From Azolla caroliniana (lineage: Eukaryota > Plantae > Polypodiophyta), in contig JBHGNT010000018.1 in the NCBI GenBank assembly GCA_043228905.1, forward strand, positions 6,510,001 through 6,574,000: a stretch of DNA of 64,000 nt, in the 5' to 3' direction. Below the pieces are notes generated by a model, which was not told the origin of the DNA, did not search any database, and saw only the letters and a program-made list of their open reading frames with translations. The position numbers were made by a program, and so were the translations under genes. Numbering within the stretch: the first letter of the stretch is position 1; each line of letters starts with the position of its first letter. This document shows, in pieces, positions 26,201 through 37,771 of the stretch.

Positions 26201-27188
26201 CCTAGGGTTTCGTATCTTAGGGCATGTTTGATTCCATACACCTAATTGTTGATTATTCTAATTAAATTTTAATTTCATAAGTATTGTTTCACTTATATGA
26301 TTTTCAAGTAATTATTATTTACCCGCCCACAATTAACTCTCCTTTTTCCACTTCCTTTTCATGTATAAAGTATTTACATCGTTTATTTTTAATGTAACCT
26401 TTACGTGAAGACTATTTTTTTCGTATGGAGTGGCTTGTTGAACGATTTTTTTTCAACGGGTCATCTAGGTTTAACTCTTATCATCAAGCCTTAGAAAACG
26501 AGTAAAACCATATGAGTTCCCTTATTGATGTTTTACTCATGGATTTGAGTATTACATCTTTGCGCACAACACCGTCATCACTTGTATCAATTTGTGGCTT
26601 ATGTCACAATTGTGCAAGTTATAACAATCATATTGGGATGTATATGTGCATACCTTGTACTTCCCATTTATTTGTGACATTGTTTTTTTTCGTAGGTAAC
26701 ACATGGGTTCTTTTTTTTTTTTTACCCTTGTTTTCGTCACTACTTAACTCTTATGAGTAGTGCCTTATTTTATCATTTTATCATCACGTTTGCTTATTGC
26801 TCGCAAGACTAGAATATTACTTGTGAGTGCACTTGTTTTTTCACGTAATACACTTTCTCGACCATATAATACATGATGGGTTGGCATTAATATAAGGCTA
26901 TCTAGGAAATTTCATTGATGTAAGAACCATGGTTGAGCCTCAGGGAGCCGCCATGATTACTCAAGATAGAGATCCGAGAAATACATCTTAGCTATGTTTT
27001 CCCCCATGGTTTTTAAAACGCCATAGTGTTACCATAGTTATCGGATCTCGAATCACATCTCATATGTCTAGAGGGGTAAAGACATGAGATACTTTCTTGG
27101 ATAAAGTTCTTTGAATCAAAATTTCAAGCATTCATTTTGCTTGTGTATTTTCTGAACCTCCTTATTTTATTGCATACCCACAGCGTGC

Positions 27189-30100
27189 ATGATGGAACAA
27201 GTTTTCAACGCAGTTGGAACGATCTCTCCAAATGAGACCTCTCAACCCCAATCCGCATCTCGCACACAAGCTGAGATCACTATTGAGCAATTGCTCACTA
27301 CTACCTTGAATCAATTGGCCGAAATGAGACAGGCCAATATGGCATTGGAAAAGAAATTCCAAGAATTAACTATTGAGTCCAAGAAAGAAGGTGAACCTTC
27401 CTTCGTAGTCACGCCTTTCAAGGGAGATAAGAAAGAAAGAACCGAGGAGGCCATTAGCACTTGGCTTGGTCGTTGGGAGTCTCACTTTGAGCTTCATCCC
27501 AAGCCCGATGCAGTAAAAATTGGTTATGTCGGTCGTGAGTTAGGTGGCCGAGCTGCTGCTTGGTGGCGTGGCCTAAGGACCGCAAAAAACTTACCCACAA
27601 CTTGGGAAGGTTTCGTTGATGTTTTTAAGAAACAATTCTTGCAGCCACCTTCTCAAACCGAACAAGCACAACACTTGCTCACATTGTCTAGTAAGCCATT
27701 TACCTCTCTCGAGGATTATGTGCATCACGCTCGGACCCAGATCCAAAAATCGGGACTTACGGGTGAGAAATGGTTTGTCGCTTGTTTTTTGAATGGTATT
27801 CCCAATGGGGATTATCATTGGATTGTCCATGACAAGGACCCCACAACTTTCGAGGAAGCCGTCAACATTGTGCTGCGATACCATAGGACTTCCAAGAAAG
27901 ACCACAATAAACCTGAGTTCGCCAAAACTCCTAATGTCAAGTTCATTGGGAAACGTAAGCAATCCAGTGACACTCTTGACCGCGACTCAAAGAAACTGAA
28001 CCTCTTCTGTGCATATTGCAAGAAGCGGGGCCACACAAAGGATACCTGTCGTCGTCTTGAGAGGAAGTCAATGAACACCCCTCCTCAAGACAAATCTACG
28101 AGTCACACAGGTGAGTCTTTTGATATTGTTGAAGTTCATACCAATCACTTAAGTTTATGTGAATGCACTTTTCCTTCACATTTACTTGGACCTAATGATT
28201 TACTCCGAGCAGTCGGATATATCAATGGAACACAAGCACATTTCTTGTTTGATTCCGGTAGTTCTCACAATTTTCTTAATGATCACTTTGTGCAGCAAAT
28301 GGAGCTCCACATAAACGCAAGTGATCATATCTATCAAGTTCACATGGCAAATGGAAACGTTCAATACATCAGTGGCATTGTTTGTCAACTGCCAATTCAA
28401 ATAGATACTTATTTGGAGAAGCTTGACTTTCATGTTATGAAATTACAATCCGCAGATGTCATTTTAGGATATCCTTGGTTTTTTAATAAAAACCCTTCTT
28501 TGTCCATTGATTGGGTTAATCACTCAATCACATTTGAACTTAATAATTGTAAACATTTTATTCAATGTTCCAAACTTCCTTCTCATTCACTTGTGTCTTC
28601 TAAATCTTTAAGTGAGTATTCTAGTTCATTAATTTATTCGTGTGTAATTGATCCTGCGGTTCAATTTTATTATTTTAATATTGACGCCACACAATTACCA
28701 CATTTTGAGCAACGATTACTCGACTCTATTTTAGAGGATTTTCAAGATGTGTTTCCTACTGAATTACCGCTTACTTTACCACCTAAACGTAATGTGGACC
28801 ATCAAATTGAACTCATCCCTGGGGCTGCTCCTGTGAGCATTCCACCTTACCGACTTAGTCGATTAGAAGAGGATGAGATCGCTAAACAACTTAAGGAATA
28901 CTTGAGTATGGGCCACATTAGGTATAGTAAATCACCTTGGGGTGCGCCAGTTCTATTAGTCAAGAAGAAGGAAGGTTCGTGGCGAATGTGTATCAATTAT
29001 CGCCGTTTGAATAAAATGACAATTAAGAATGCATATCCATTACCTCGTGCCGATGATTTGATTGATCGTTTGCACGGGGCTCGATATTTTATGAAAATTG
29101 ACTTACGAACTGGTTATCATCAGATTCGCATCGCCGAGGATGATATTCCTAAAACCGCTTTTCGTACGCGCTATGGCCATTATGAGTTTTTAGTCATGCC
29201 GTTTGGGTTGACTAATGCTCCAGCCACATTCCAACAAGCGATGAATGATGTTTTCCGAGATCAACTCGGTGATTTTGTTGTCATCTTCTTGGATGATATT
29301 TTGATATATAGCCGTACCTTGCAAGATCATGTTCAACATGTTCGATTTGTTTTGCGAAAGTTGCGTGACAACTCTTTCTATGCAAAACATTCAAAATGTG
29401 ACTTCTTCCAAAAATCTATTGTGTACCTAGGTCATTTAATTACAGAAAATGGCGTTGAAATTGAACCTTCTCGTATTGAAAAGGTTAAACTTTGGCCCAT
29501 TCCTCGTAATATTCGTGAACTTAGATCATTCTTAGGGTTTGTTGGATTTTTACGAAAATCAATTCGTAACTATTCCAAATTGACTACGCCATTAACTAAC
29601 CTTTTAAAAGGTCATCCACGTAAGTCTGTCAAACCAATTTCATGGAATGAACAACTTGACAAATCATTTGAGACACTCAAGGAGCATGTGTGTCAGGCTC
29701 CCACTCTTCTATTACCAGACCCTTCTAAGCCTTTCTCAATTGAAACCGATGCTAGTGATTATGCTATTGGTGCCGTTCTTTATCAAGGTGGTCACCCTAT
29801 TGCTTTTGAAAGTAAGAAGCTTGATGCTGCTCAATCTCGGTATTCGGTTCAAGAGAAAGAGTTGTTTGCGGTGATACATGCACTTAAAACATGGAGGCAC
29901 TATCTCTATGGAAATAAATTTGTGGTTACAACAGACCATCAATCATTAAAGTATTTTTGTGACCAGCCCGATCTTGTTGGTCGTAAAGGCCGTTGGGCTG
30001 ACCTTATGCAAGATTTTGATTTTTCCATACGATATCGCAAGGGTTCTATGAACACCGTTGTTGATGCTCTTAGTCGCATTAAAGAAGTTAACATGCTTAG

Positions 30101-31603
30101 CTTCACGGAAATAAAATCTGATCTTTTAGATCACCTTCGAGGGAAATACCTTGATGACAGTTATTTCTCAAAATACTGGACGAAAGCCGAATCTGGTTTA
30201 GATGCCGATACTAGCACCCTACCCTCGAAGGCGACCTTTCACATTACAAACGGTTTGCTCTACCGTAGTGGAAAGGTCTGTGTTCCAGATTTACCAAATG
30301 TTAAACAGAAATTTTTTTATGAATGTCATGATGCACCATCTGCTGGTCATCCTAGAATACAACGCACACTCGTTCTCATCTCGTGTACTTTTTTCTGGCC
30401 TAAGATGCGCTCTGACGTGCATAAATACGTAACTCAATGCTTACAATGTCAGATTAATAAGTCGGAACGACTTAAAGCTGCTGGTCTTTTACATCCCTTA
30501 GATATTCCCAACAATAAATGGGAAAGTATCTCGATGGATTTTATTGTTAGTTTACCTCGTACACAGAGGGGTCATGATGCCATATGGGTTGTCGTTGACA
30601 GGCTAACAAAATTAGCTAGATTTATTCCTACAAAAACCACGGTAACCGCTCAACAGTTGGCTTATCAATTTGTTGATGAGTTATTTCGTTTTTATGGATT
30701 ACCGATGGATATTGTTAGTGATCGAGATTCCAAGTTTACTAGTGACTTTTGGACTCAGGTCTTTAAGAAACTAGAAACTACGTTGAGCATGAGTTCCGCA
30801 GATCATCCTCAGTCTGATGGACAAACTGAACGAGTTAATCAAATTATTGAGGACATGCTTCGAGCTTATGTAGCAAAAACCCCTTCTAAGTGGGAGCAAT
30901 ACCTTCCTATCTTAGAATTTGCCTATAATAGCTCTAAACATACATCCACTGGATATAGTCCTTTTATGTTGATGTATGGTTTTCAGCCACGTGCCCCAGT
31001 TGATGTCACGATTCATCGTGATACATTAGACAGTACACGCAATTTTTTGCAAGACATGAACCAAATGTTGCATATTATTGAGGACATGCTTCGAGCTTAT
31101 GTAGCAAAAACCCCTTCTAAGTGGGAGCAATACCTTCCTATCTTAGAATTTGCCTATAATAGCTCTAAACATACATCCACTGGATATAGTCCTTTTATGT
31201 TGATGTATGGTTTTCAGCCACGTGCCCCAGTTGATGTCACGATTCATCGTGATACATTAGACAGTACACGCAATTTTTTGCAAGACATGAACCAAATGTT
31301 GCATATTGCCAAAGAAAATGTTAAGACAGCTCAAGATCGTGCTCGATTTTATGCTGATCAGGATAGACGTCCTCGTGCATTTACTATTGGTCAAAAAGTT
31401 TTTTTGCGTGTCCCGACTGATTCTACGTCATTATCTACGGGCAAGTGCGCTAAGTTAGCCCCACGATATTGTGGCCCATTTGAAATCCTTAAGCGAGTTG
31501 GGTCATCTGCTTATCACCTTGCCTTACCTCGTAACGTTGGTATTCATCCTGTTTTTCACGTCAGTCGTCTAAAACCATTTTTAGGCTCTGGTGATAACAC
31601 CAT
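27189..31603 (+). CDS. gag-pol: Chromovirus Gag-Pol (gag, CCHC, PR, RT, RH, IN), interrupted by Copia; last part at 37063-37285
   Basis: CAYCKKRGHTKDTC; LFDSGSS; IFLDDIL; TDASDYAIG; H-H-C-C zinc finger; SDRDSKF; DGQTE; YCGPF. No stops. Confidence 0.95.
30843..31307 (+). repeat. 231-bp (77 aa) in-frame tandem duplication in integrase
   Basis: ATTATTGAGGACATG at 30843 and 31074; the peptide IIEDMLRAY..QMLH occurs twice. Confidence 0.95.
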
Positions 31604-31651
31604 TGTTGGGATTACGGTCCCTCCGGATGGGATGGTCGGATGTCCGGGAAT

Positions 31652-31803
31652 CGGATGATGAATACCCCGGTTACGGAGCCGGATGCTGAAGACCCCGACT
31701 ACAGAGCCGGATGCTGAAGACTCCGGCTACGGAGCCGGATGATGAAGACCCCGGCTACGGAGCCGGATGCTGAAGACCCCGGTTACGGAGCCGGATGACG
31801 AAT
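31652..31803 (+). repeat. 28-bp tandem repeat x5 in LTR U3 (also 36437-36588)
   Basis: Unit CGGATGCTGAAGACCCCGGYTACGGAGC. Confidence 0.9.
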
Positions 31804-32304
31804 GTACCCGGAGAGAGATCCGGATGCGGGGACATATTTGTGAATATGTTTTGCCAAGAGCCCTTGAGGCTATATTTGTAAATAGCCCGAAAGTCATATG
31901 TGTATAAATATGACTTAGGGCAAACAGTTTAAATTGTTGTTGCTCATTTTTATGTTTTAGTTGAGAGAGCAAAGTGAGAGCAGCCGAGAGAGACGGAGAG
32001 AAACGAAGAGGTCGACATCTCTGTGTATCACCGCCGCCTGTGGCGAAGACAGTGAGCTCAAGGTCGTTGCCTTGTAGCTTCACCATTGTACACCTCTGTT
32101 TATAGTGATAGTTGGAGTTTGAGGACTCCCGTGGTTTTTTTTTCCCATTTAGGGTTTTCCACGTAAAACATCCTGTGTACTCCTCTCTCTATTGTCCTCG
32201 TGCACTTTGTATTTCCCGTTTTCTGTGAGTTGATCCTATTCCTCGGTTTGTGACCGAGCGCTGTTTAGCAACAAATTGGTATCAGAGCGACGGTAACACA
32301 GAAA

Positions 32305-35300
32305 ATGGAAGGCGGCGGTAGTGGGCCTCCGGGCATGATGGTGTTGAACTCACAGAACTACGCCGACTGGAAGATAAAGATGGAAGACCTTCTCATCGTC
32401 CGAGACCTGTATGAACCGATCGACAATGCCGAGATACCCAAGGGGGTAATAGAGTCGGAGTGGAAGCTCCTGAACCGGAAAGCCGTAGCGACGATCCGGC
32501 AATATGTCGATGTAAGCGTTCTACAACATGTGGCGAACGACACAAACGCATATGAGATGTGGAAGAAGCTGTCGGGCCTCTACGAGAGGAAGAATGCGTT
32601 GAACCGGACCTCCCTGATGAGGAAGATAGTGAACCTCAAGTACCGGGACGGCGAGAATATGGTGGAACACGTGAGCACGTTCATGGGATTCGTGAACCAG
32701 CTTGCGGCGATCAAGTTCCCGTTGGAGGATGCAATGCAAGCCATCATTCTTATGTGTACATTGCCGGAAAGCTGGGAGAACTTGGTGGTGACTCTCAGCA
32801 CCTCCTGCACCGAAGATAACTTGTCTCTACAAACGGTAAAGACAAGCATTTTGAACGAAGAAGCGCGTCGGAGAGATAAAGAACCGGTTTCCGATCCGAA
32901 GATGCTGCTTACCGAATCGGATCGGGGAAGGCAATGGAACCGGAGTCCGCAAAGACGGGAGAAGTCGGGGACCCGGTCGCAGTCAAGAGGAAGGCCCACA
33001 TGCTTCCACTGTGGGAAGCCGGGGCACTTCCGGAAGAATTGTCGGCATTACCGAAAGGACAACGGAGCCGACGACACCGATTCGAAGAAGTCACCGGAGA
33101 GAAACGGTGCATACCGGGGAGCCACGGACCGGAGAGGTCCGGATCGGCGAGGGCAGGACCGGAAAGGAACGACGGCACTCGCGGCAAGTGAAGAAGAGAT
33201 AATGCTCATTACCGAAGAGAGGGAGCTGAACCTTGCCGGTGTAGAGATGACCTGGGTGGTCGATTCCGGAGCGTCGTTCCACCTGACCCCGGAGAAGAAA
33301 TACTTCTCATCCTACACAGCCGGTGAGCACGGCTGTGTCCGGATGGGAAATGAAGGCACATGCCGGATTGCCGGCATAGGAGACGTGTGGCTGATGACAT
33401 CAACCGGATGCAAGATGCTGCTGAAGGATGTTCGACACGTTCCGGAGGTCCGATTGAACCTGATCTCGGCCGGGAGGCTAGATGATGAAGGCTACATGAG
33501 TAGCATCCGGAACGGTGTCATGAAGTTCAGCAAAGGGAGCCTGATAGTGGCTCGGGCCCGGAAGGTCAATACACTGTACCTGATGAATTGCCGGCTATGT
33601 CCGGAGGAGCTGAACGTGGCAGCTGACACTGCCGGTGAGCTGTGGCACAAGAGACTGTGCCACATGAGTGAGAAGGGGATGAAGAGGCTTGCCGATGACA
33701 ACCTGATACCGGTAAAGCACGTACACCTGGGGAAGTGTACCGACTGTCTGGCCGGTAAGCAAAACCGGACCTCCTTCCACTCAAGGCCACCGACGAGACG
33801 TAGCGCACCATTGGAGTTGGTACACACTGATGTGTGTCAAGTAGAAGCGAAGTCACATGGCGGAGCTCAGTACTTCGTAACATTCATAGATGACCATAGC
33901 CGGAAGCTGTGGACGGCACCGTTGAAGACAAAGGACCAAGTATTGTCCGTCTTCAAAGAACTCCACGCGAGAGTGGAAAGAGAATCCGGCAAGAAGCTGA
34001 AAGCAATACGAGCGGATAACGGAGGGGAATACCGGGGGCAGTTCGCAGAGTACTGTCGCTCGAAGGGAATCCGGCTCGAGTTTACTGTGCCGAAGACGCC
34101 GGAACTAAACGGGTTGGCCGAGAGGATGAACCGGACCATAATGGAGAGGGTCCGGAGTATGCTAGCACATGCGAAATTACCCAAGGGATTTTGGGCTGAG
34201 GCAATGTCGACGGCGACGTATGTGATAAATAGATCACCCTCAGTACCTTTGGACGGAGACACGCCGCAGAAAGTGTGGACCGGTAAGGAAGTGTCCTACC
34301 GGCATCTGAAGGTGTTCGGGTGTCTCGCATACGTGCATGTGGCAAAGGACCGGAGAGGAAAGTTAGATCCAAAGACCCGGCCATGCATATTCCTCGGTTA
34401 CGGCGACGACGAGTTCGGCTACCGAGTATGGGACCCGGTCGACAAGAAGATATTCAGGAGTCGAGATATCATCTTCATGGAGGACAAGACACTCGCCGAC
34501 TGGGAGTCGGAGAAGAACATGAAGAGCTCCAAGTTGACCGGTGAGGATCAACTCTACGAAGAGCAGTCCCGACCGGCAAGGGACCGGTTAGCACTCGAGG
34601 ATCCGGCCGAAGACGGTGAAGAAACAGAACCGGCCGAGGAAGATGAAACTGATACCGGAACCGGCCCCGATCCCGAAATGGATTCGGATGAAGAGGAAAC
34701 GGAGGAGCCGGTTACCGAAGCTCCGGAACGGAGATATCCTCTAAGAGAGAGAAGGGCCCCCCGGAGATTTCCGGAACCAGAGCACGTGCTGCTAACCGAC
34801 GAGGGGGAGCCGGAGAGCTTTGAAGAAGCAAAACTTGACACCCATAGCCGCAGGTGGTTAAGTGCCATGCAGGAGGAGATGGATTCCCTGCATGAGAACC
34901 ACACATATGAACTTGTGGAGTTGCCGAAAGGAAAGCGGGCACTTCGAAACAAGTGGGTGTTCAAGCTGAAACCGGGAGATGTCGGAAACCCCCCGAGATA
35001 CAAAGCCAGGATCGTAGTGAAGGGGTTCCAGCAGAAGAAGGGCGTCGACTTCGACGAGATATTTGCCCCGGTAGTGAAGATGACCTCCATCCGGACGGTG
35101 CTGAGCATAGCGGCAAGCGTGGACCTCGAGGTAGAACAGATGGACGTGAAGACGGCTTTCCTTCACGGTGACCTCGAAGAAGAGATCTACATGCAGCAAC
35201 CGGAAGGATTCGAGAAGAAAGGGAAGGAGCACCTGGTATGCCGGTTGAAGAAGAGCCTTTACGGACTGAAGCAGGCTCCCCGGCAATGGTACCGGAAGTT

Positions 35301-36378
35301 CGACTCTTTCATGACCGACGAAGGCTACCACAAAACGCAGTCCGATCACTGCGTGTTTGTGAAGAAGTTTGAAGGAGGAGACTTTCTAATACTCCTCCTG
35401 TACGTGGACGACATGTTGATCGTCGGACGGGACCAGGCCAAGATACGGATGCTGAAGAAAGCGCTACACCGAACTTTCTCAATAAAGGACCTGGGTCCGG
35501 CGAGGCAAATACTAGGGATGCACATCATCCGGAACCGGAAGAAGAAGCAGTTGTGGCTGTCACAGGAGAAGTACGTGACAAAGGTGCTTCACCGGTTCAA
35601 CATGTCGGAAGCAAGACCGGTCGGGTCAACCCTCCCGGCAAACTGCAAGTTGTCCAGCAAGCAAAGCCCCAAGACAAAGGCTGAGAAGGAGGACATGATG
35701 AAAGTACCATATGCCTCTGCCGTCGGAAGCTTGATGTACGCAATGGTGTGTACAAGACCGGACATAGGATACGCAGTCGGAGTGGTGAGCCGGTACATGA
35801 GCAATCCCGGCAAAGACCACTGGAACGCGGTCAAGTGGATACTCCGATACCTGAAGGGCACGGCAAACGTGTGCCTCCGATTCGGCTCCGGTAAGCCTGA
35901 ACTCGACGGCTTTACCGATTCGGATATGTCGGCTGATGCAGATACCAGCCGGTCCACTTCAGGGTATGTGATGACGTATGCAGGGGGAGCTGTTTCGTGG
36001 CAGTCGAGGCTGCAGAAGACGGTTGCGTTGTCAACCACGGAGGCGGAGTACATGGCGGCTGTTGAAGCCGGCAAGGAAATAATATGGATGAAGGACTTCA
36101 TTAGAGAGCTCGGTATCCGACAGGAGGAGTACCGACTCTACTGCGACAGTCAGAGTGCCATCCACCTTGCGAAGAATGCGTCCTATCACTCCCGGACGAA
36201 GCACATCCAGCGTAGATACCACTGGATCCGGGAAAGGATAGAAGACAAGGAGTTCATGCTGACGAAGATCCACACGGACGAGAACGGGTCGGATATGCTG
36301 ACTAAGGTACTCACACCCGACAAGCTGGAAGCATGCCGGAAAAGGATCGGATTGGAGAGACATCCCATGCCGAAGTGA
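32305..36378 (+). CDS. gag-pol: Copia Gag-Pol polyprotein, 1357 aa, uninterrupted
   Basis: CFHCGKPGHFRKNC; WVVDSGASFH; LWHKRLCH..CTDC; HTDV/ADNGGEY/NGLAE; YVDDML; FTDSD..TEAEY..DSQSAI. Confidence 0.98.
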   Translation: MEGGGSGPPGMMVLNSQNYADWKIKMEDLLIVRDLYEPIDNAEIPKGVIESEWKLLNRKAVATIRQYVDVSVLQHVANDTNAYEMWKKLSGLYERKNALNRTSLMRKIVNLKYRDGENMVEHVSTFMGFVNQLAAIKFPLEDAMQAIILMCTLPESWENLVVTLSTSCTEDNLSLQTVKTSILNEEARRRDKEPVSDPKMLLTESDRGRQWNRSPQRREKSGTRSQSRGRPTCFHCGKPGHFRKNCRHYRKDNGADDTDSKKSPERNGAYRGATDRRGPDRRGQDRKGTTALAASEEEIMLITEERELNLAGVEMTWVVDSGASFHLTPEKKYFSSYTAGEHGCVRMGNEGTCRIAGIGDVWLMTSTGCKMLLKDVRHVPEVRLNLISAGRLDDEGYMSSIRNGVMKFSKGSLIVARARKVNTLYLMNCRLCPEELNVAADTAGELWHKRLCHMSEKGMKRLADDNLIPVKHVHLGKCTDCLAGKQNRTSFHSRPPTRRSAPLELVHTDVCQVEAKSHGGAQYFVTFIDDHSRKLWTAPLKTKDQVLSVFKELHARVERESGKKLKAIRADNGGEYRGQFAEYCRSKGIRLEFTVPKTPELNGLAERMNRTIMERVRSMLAHAKLPKGFWAEAMSTATYVINRSPSVPLDGDTPQKVWTGKEVSYRHLKVFGCLAYVHVAKDRRGKLDPKTRPCIFLGYGDDEFGYRVWDPVDKKIFRSRDIIFMEDKTLADWESEKNMKSSKLTGEDQLYEEQSRPARDRLALEDPAEDGEETEPAEEDETDTGTGPDPEMDSDEEETEEPVTEAPERRYPLRERRAPRRFPEPEHVLLTDEGEPESFEEAKLDTHSRRWLSAMQEEMDSLHENHTYELVELPKGKRALRNKWVFKLKPGDVGNPPRYKARIVVKGFQQKKGVDFDEIFAPVVKMTSIRTVLSIAASVDLEVEQMDVKTAFLHGDLEEEIYMQQPEGFEKKGKEHLVCRLKKSLYGLKQAPRQWYRKFDSFMTDEGYHKTQSDHCVFVKKFEGGDFLILLLYVDDMLIVGRDQAKIRMLKKALHRTFSIKDLGPARQILGMHIIRNRKKKQLWLSQEKYVTKVLHRFNMSEARPVGSTLPANCKLSSKQSPKTKAEKEDMMKVPYASAVGSLMYAMVCTRPDIGYAVGVVSRYMSNPGKDHWNAVKWILRYLKGTANVCLRFGSGKPELDGFTDSDMSADADTSRSTSGYVMTYAGGAVSWQSRLQKTVALSTTEAEYMAAVEAGKEIIWMKDFIRELGIRQEEYRLYCDSQSAIHLAKNASYHSRTKHIQRRYHWIRERIEDKEFMLTKIHTDENGSDMLTKVLTPDKLEACRKRIGLERHPMPK

Positions 36379-37062
36379 AGGGGGAGTTTGTTGGGATTAC
36401 GGTCCCTCCGGATGGGATGGTCGGATGTCCGGGAATCGGATGATGAATACCCCGGTTACGGAGCCGGATGCTGAAGACCCCGACTACAGAGCCGGATGCT
36501 GAAGACTCCGGCTACGGAGCCGGATGATGAAGACCCCGGCTACGGAGCCGGATGCTGAAGACCCCGGTTACGGAGCCGGATGACGAATGTACCCGGAGAG
36601 AGATCAGGATGCAGGGACATATTTGTGAATATGTTTTGCCAAGAGCCCTTGAGGCTATATTTGTAAATAGCCCGAAAGTCATATGTGTATAAATATGACT
36701 TAGGGCAAACAGTTTAAATTGTTGTTGCTCATTTTTATGTTTTAGTTGAGAGAGCAAAGTGAGAGTAGCCGAGAGAGACGGAGAGAAACGAAGAGGTCGA
36801 CATCTCTGTGTATCACCGCCGCCTGTGGCGAAGACAGTGAGCTCAAGGTCGTTGCCTTGTAGCTTCACCATTGTACACCTCTGTTTATAGTGATAGTTGG
36901 AGTTTGAGGACTCCCGTGGTTTTTTTTCCCATTTAGGGTTTTCCACGTAAAACATCCTGTGTACTCCTCTCTCTATTGTCCTCGTGCACTTTGTATTTCC
37001 CGTTTTCTGTGAGTTGATCCTATTCCTCGGTTTGTGACCGAGCGCTGTTTAGCAACAACCAT

Positions 37063-37285
37063 CACAATCCAAGATCTTGTAACATTAGAGGATTTTTCTT
37101 ACAAACCTCCTGTTCCTGAACGAATTCTTGATTCTCGTACTAAACATTTACGTTCTAAAGAGATTCGGCTATTCAAGATCAAATGGATGGATAAACCTAT
37201 TGATGATGCCACATGGGAACGCGAGCATTCGCTTAAGGCACAATTTCCTCACTTTATATTGCAAGAGTGCAATCTTTTGAAGTAG
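37063..37285 (+). CDS. Chromodomain C-terminus of the chromovirus integrase
   Basis: PERILDSR..FKIKW..DATWE..FPHF; in frame with 27189-31603 after removing the Copia and one TSD. Confidence 0.92.
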
Positions 37286-37771
37286 GGGAGTATGTTATGT
37301 ACACATAACGTTGGTGAGGGTAGGTCACTAATATTTACATTAGTGAAGGGTATGTTCACTATTATTAAAAAGGGGACTAATGATTGGATAGAATGAATGA
37401 TATGTGCATGCACTATCATGATTTAGACAACCAATGAATAGAGAGCCTTTTAGAAAGGCACATCTATTCAAGGGGCCTAGGAAAAGGTATAAATATGAGG
37501 CTTAGCTACCCTCATAGGGATCATCACGTCGGAAGGCTGCTGTCGTAGACACCGGTGGTGTGGGCTAGGCTTTCGTCTCGACGATCGTGTTTATCTCTTC
37601 CAAGGTATTAGTCATCCTAATATCCGGCGGTATGGGACGTCGGTGGTAGGTTGGCTATGTCTAGATCATAGCTCGGGGGTGGTCGGGTGGAACGGGTTCT
37701 TCTATCCAATCTATTTTCTTCCTTTTTACTTGATTTGGTCTATTGATTAGTAATAGACTCTTAACAGTTGG

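Larger units (their letters stand above)
31604..37057 (+). mobile_element. Intact Tork/Tnt1-like Ty1/Copia element
   Basis: LTRs 31604-32273 and 36389-37057 (about 3 substitutions plus 1 indel). TSD ACCAT. PBS 32277-32288. PPT 36377-36386. Confidence 0.98.
24959..37766 (+). mobile_element. Chromoviral Ty3/Gypsy element, about 7.35 kb without the nested Copia
   Basis: LTRs 24959-25432 and 37293-37766 (474 bp, about 3 differences). TSD GTTGG. PBS 25434-25445. PPT 37279-37291. Confidence 0.97.

Noticed and set aside
31604-31658. C-terminus of the 1489-aa ORF (VGITVPPDGMVGCPGIG)
   Set aside because: It is read-through into the inserted Copia LTR; the true end is 37063-37285
32358-36368. Numerous antisense and alternate-frame ORFs over the Copia and Gypsy coding regions
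   Set aside because: They are shadows of GC-rich coding sequence with no independent motifs
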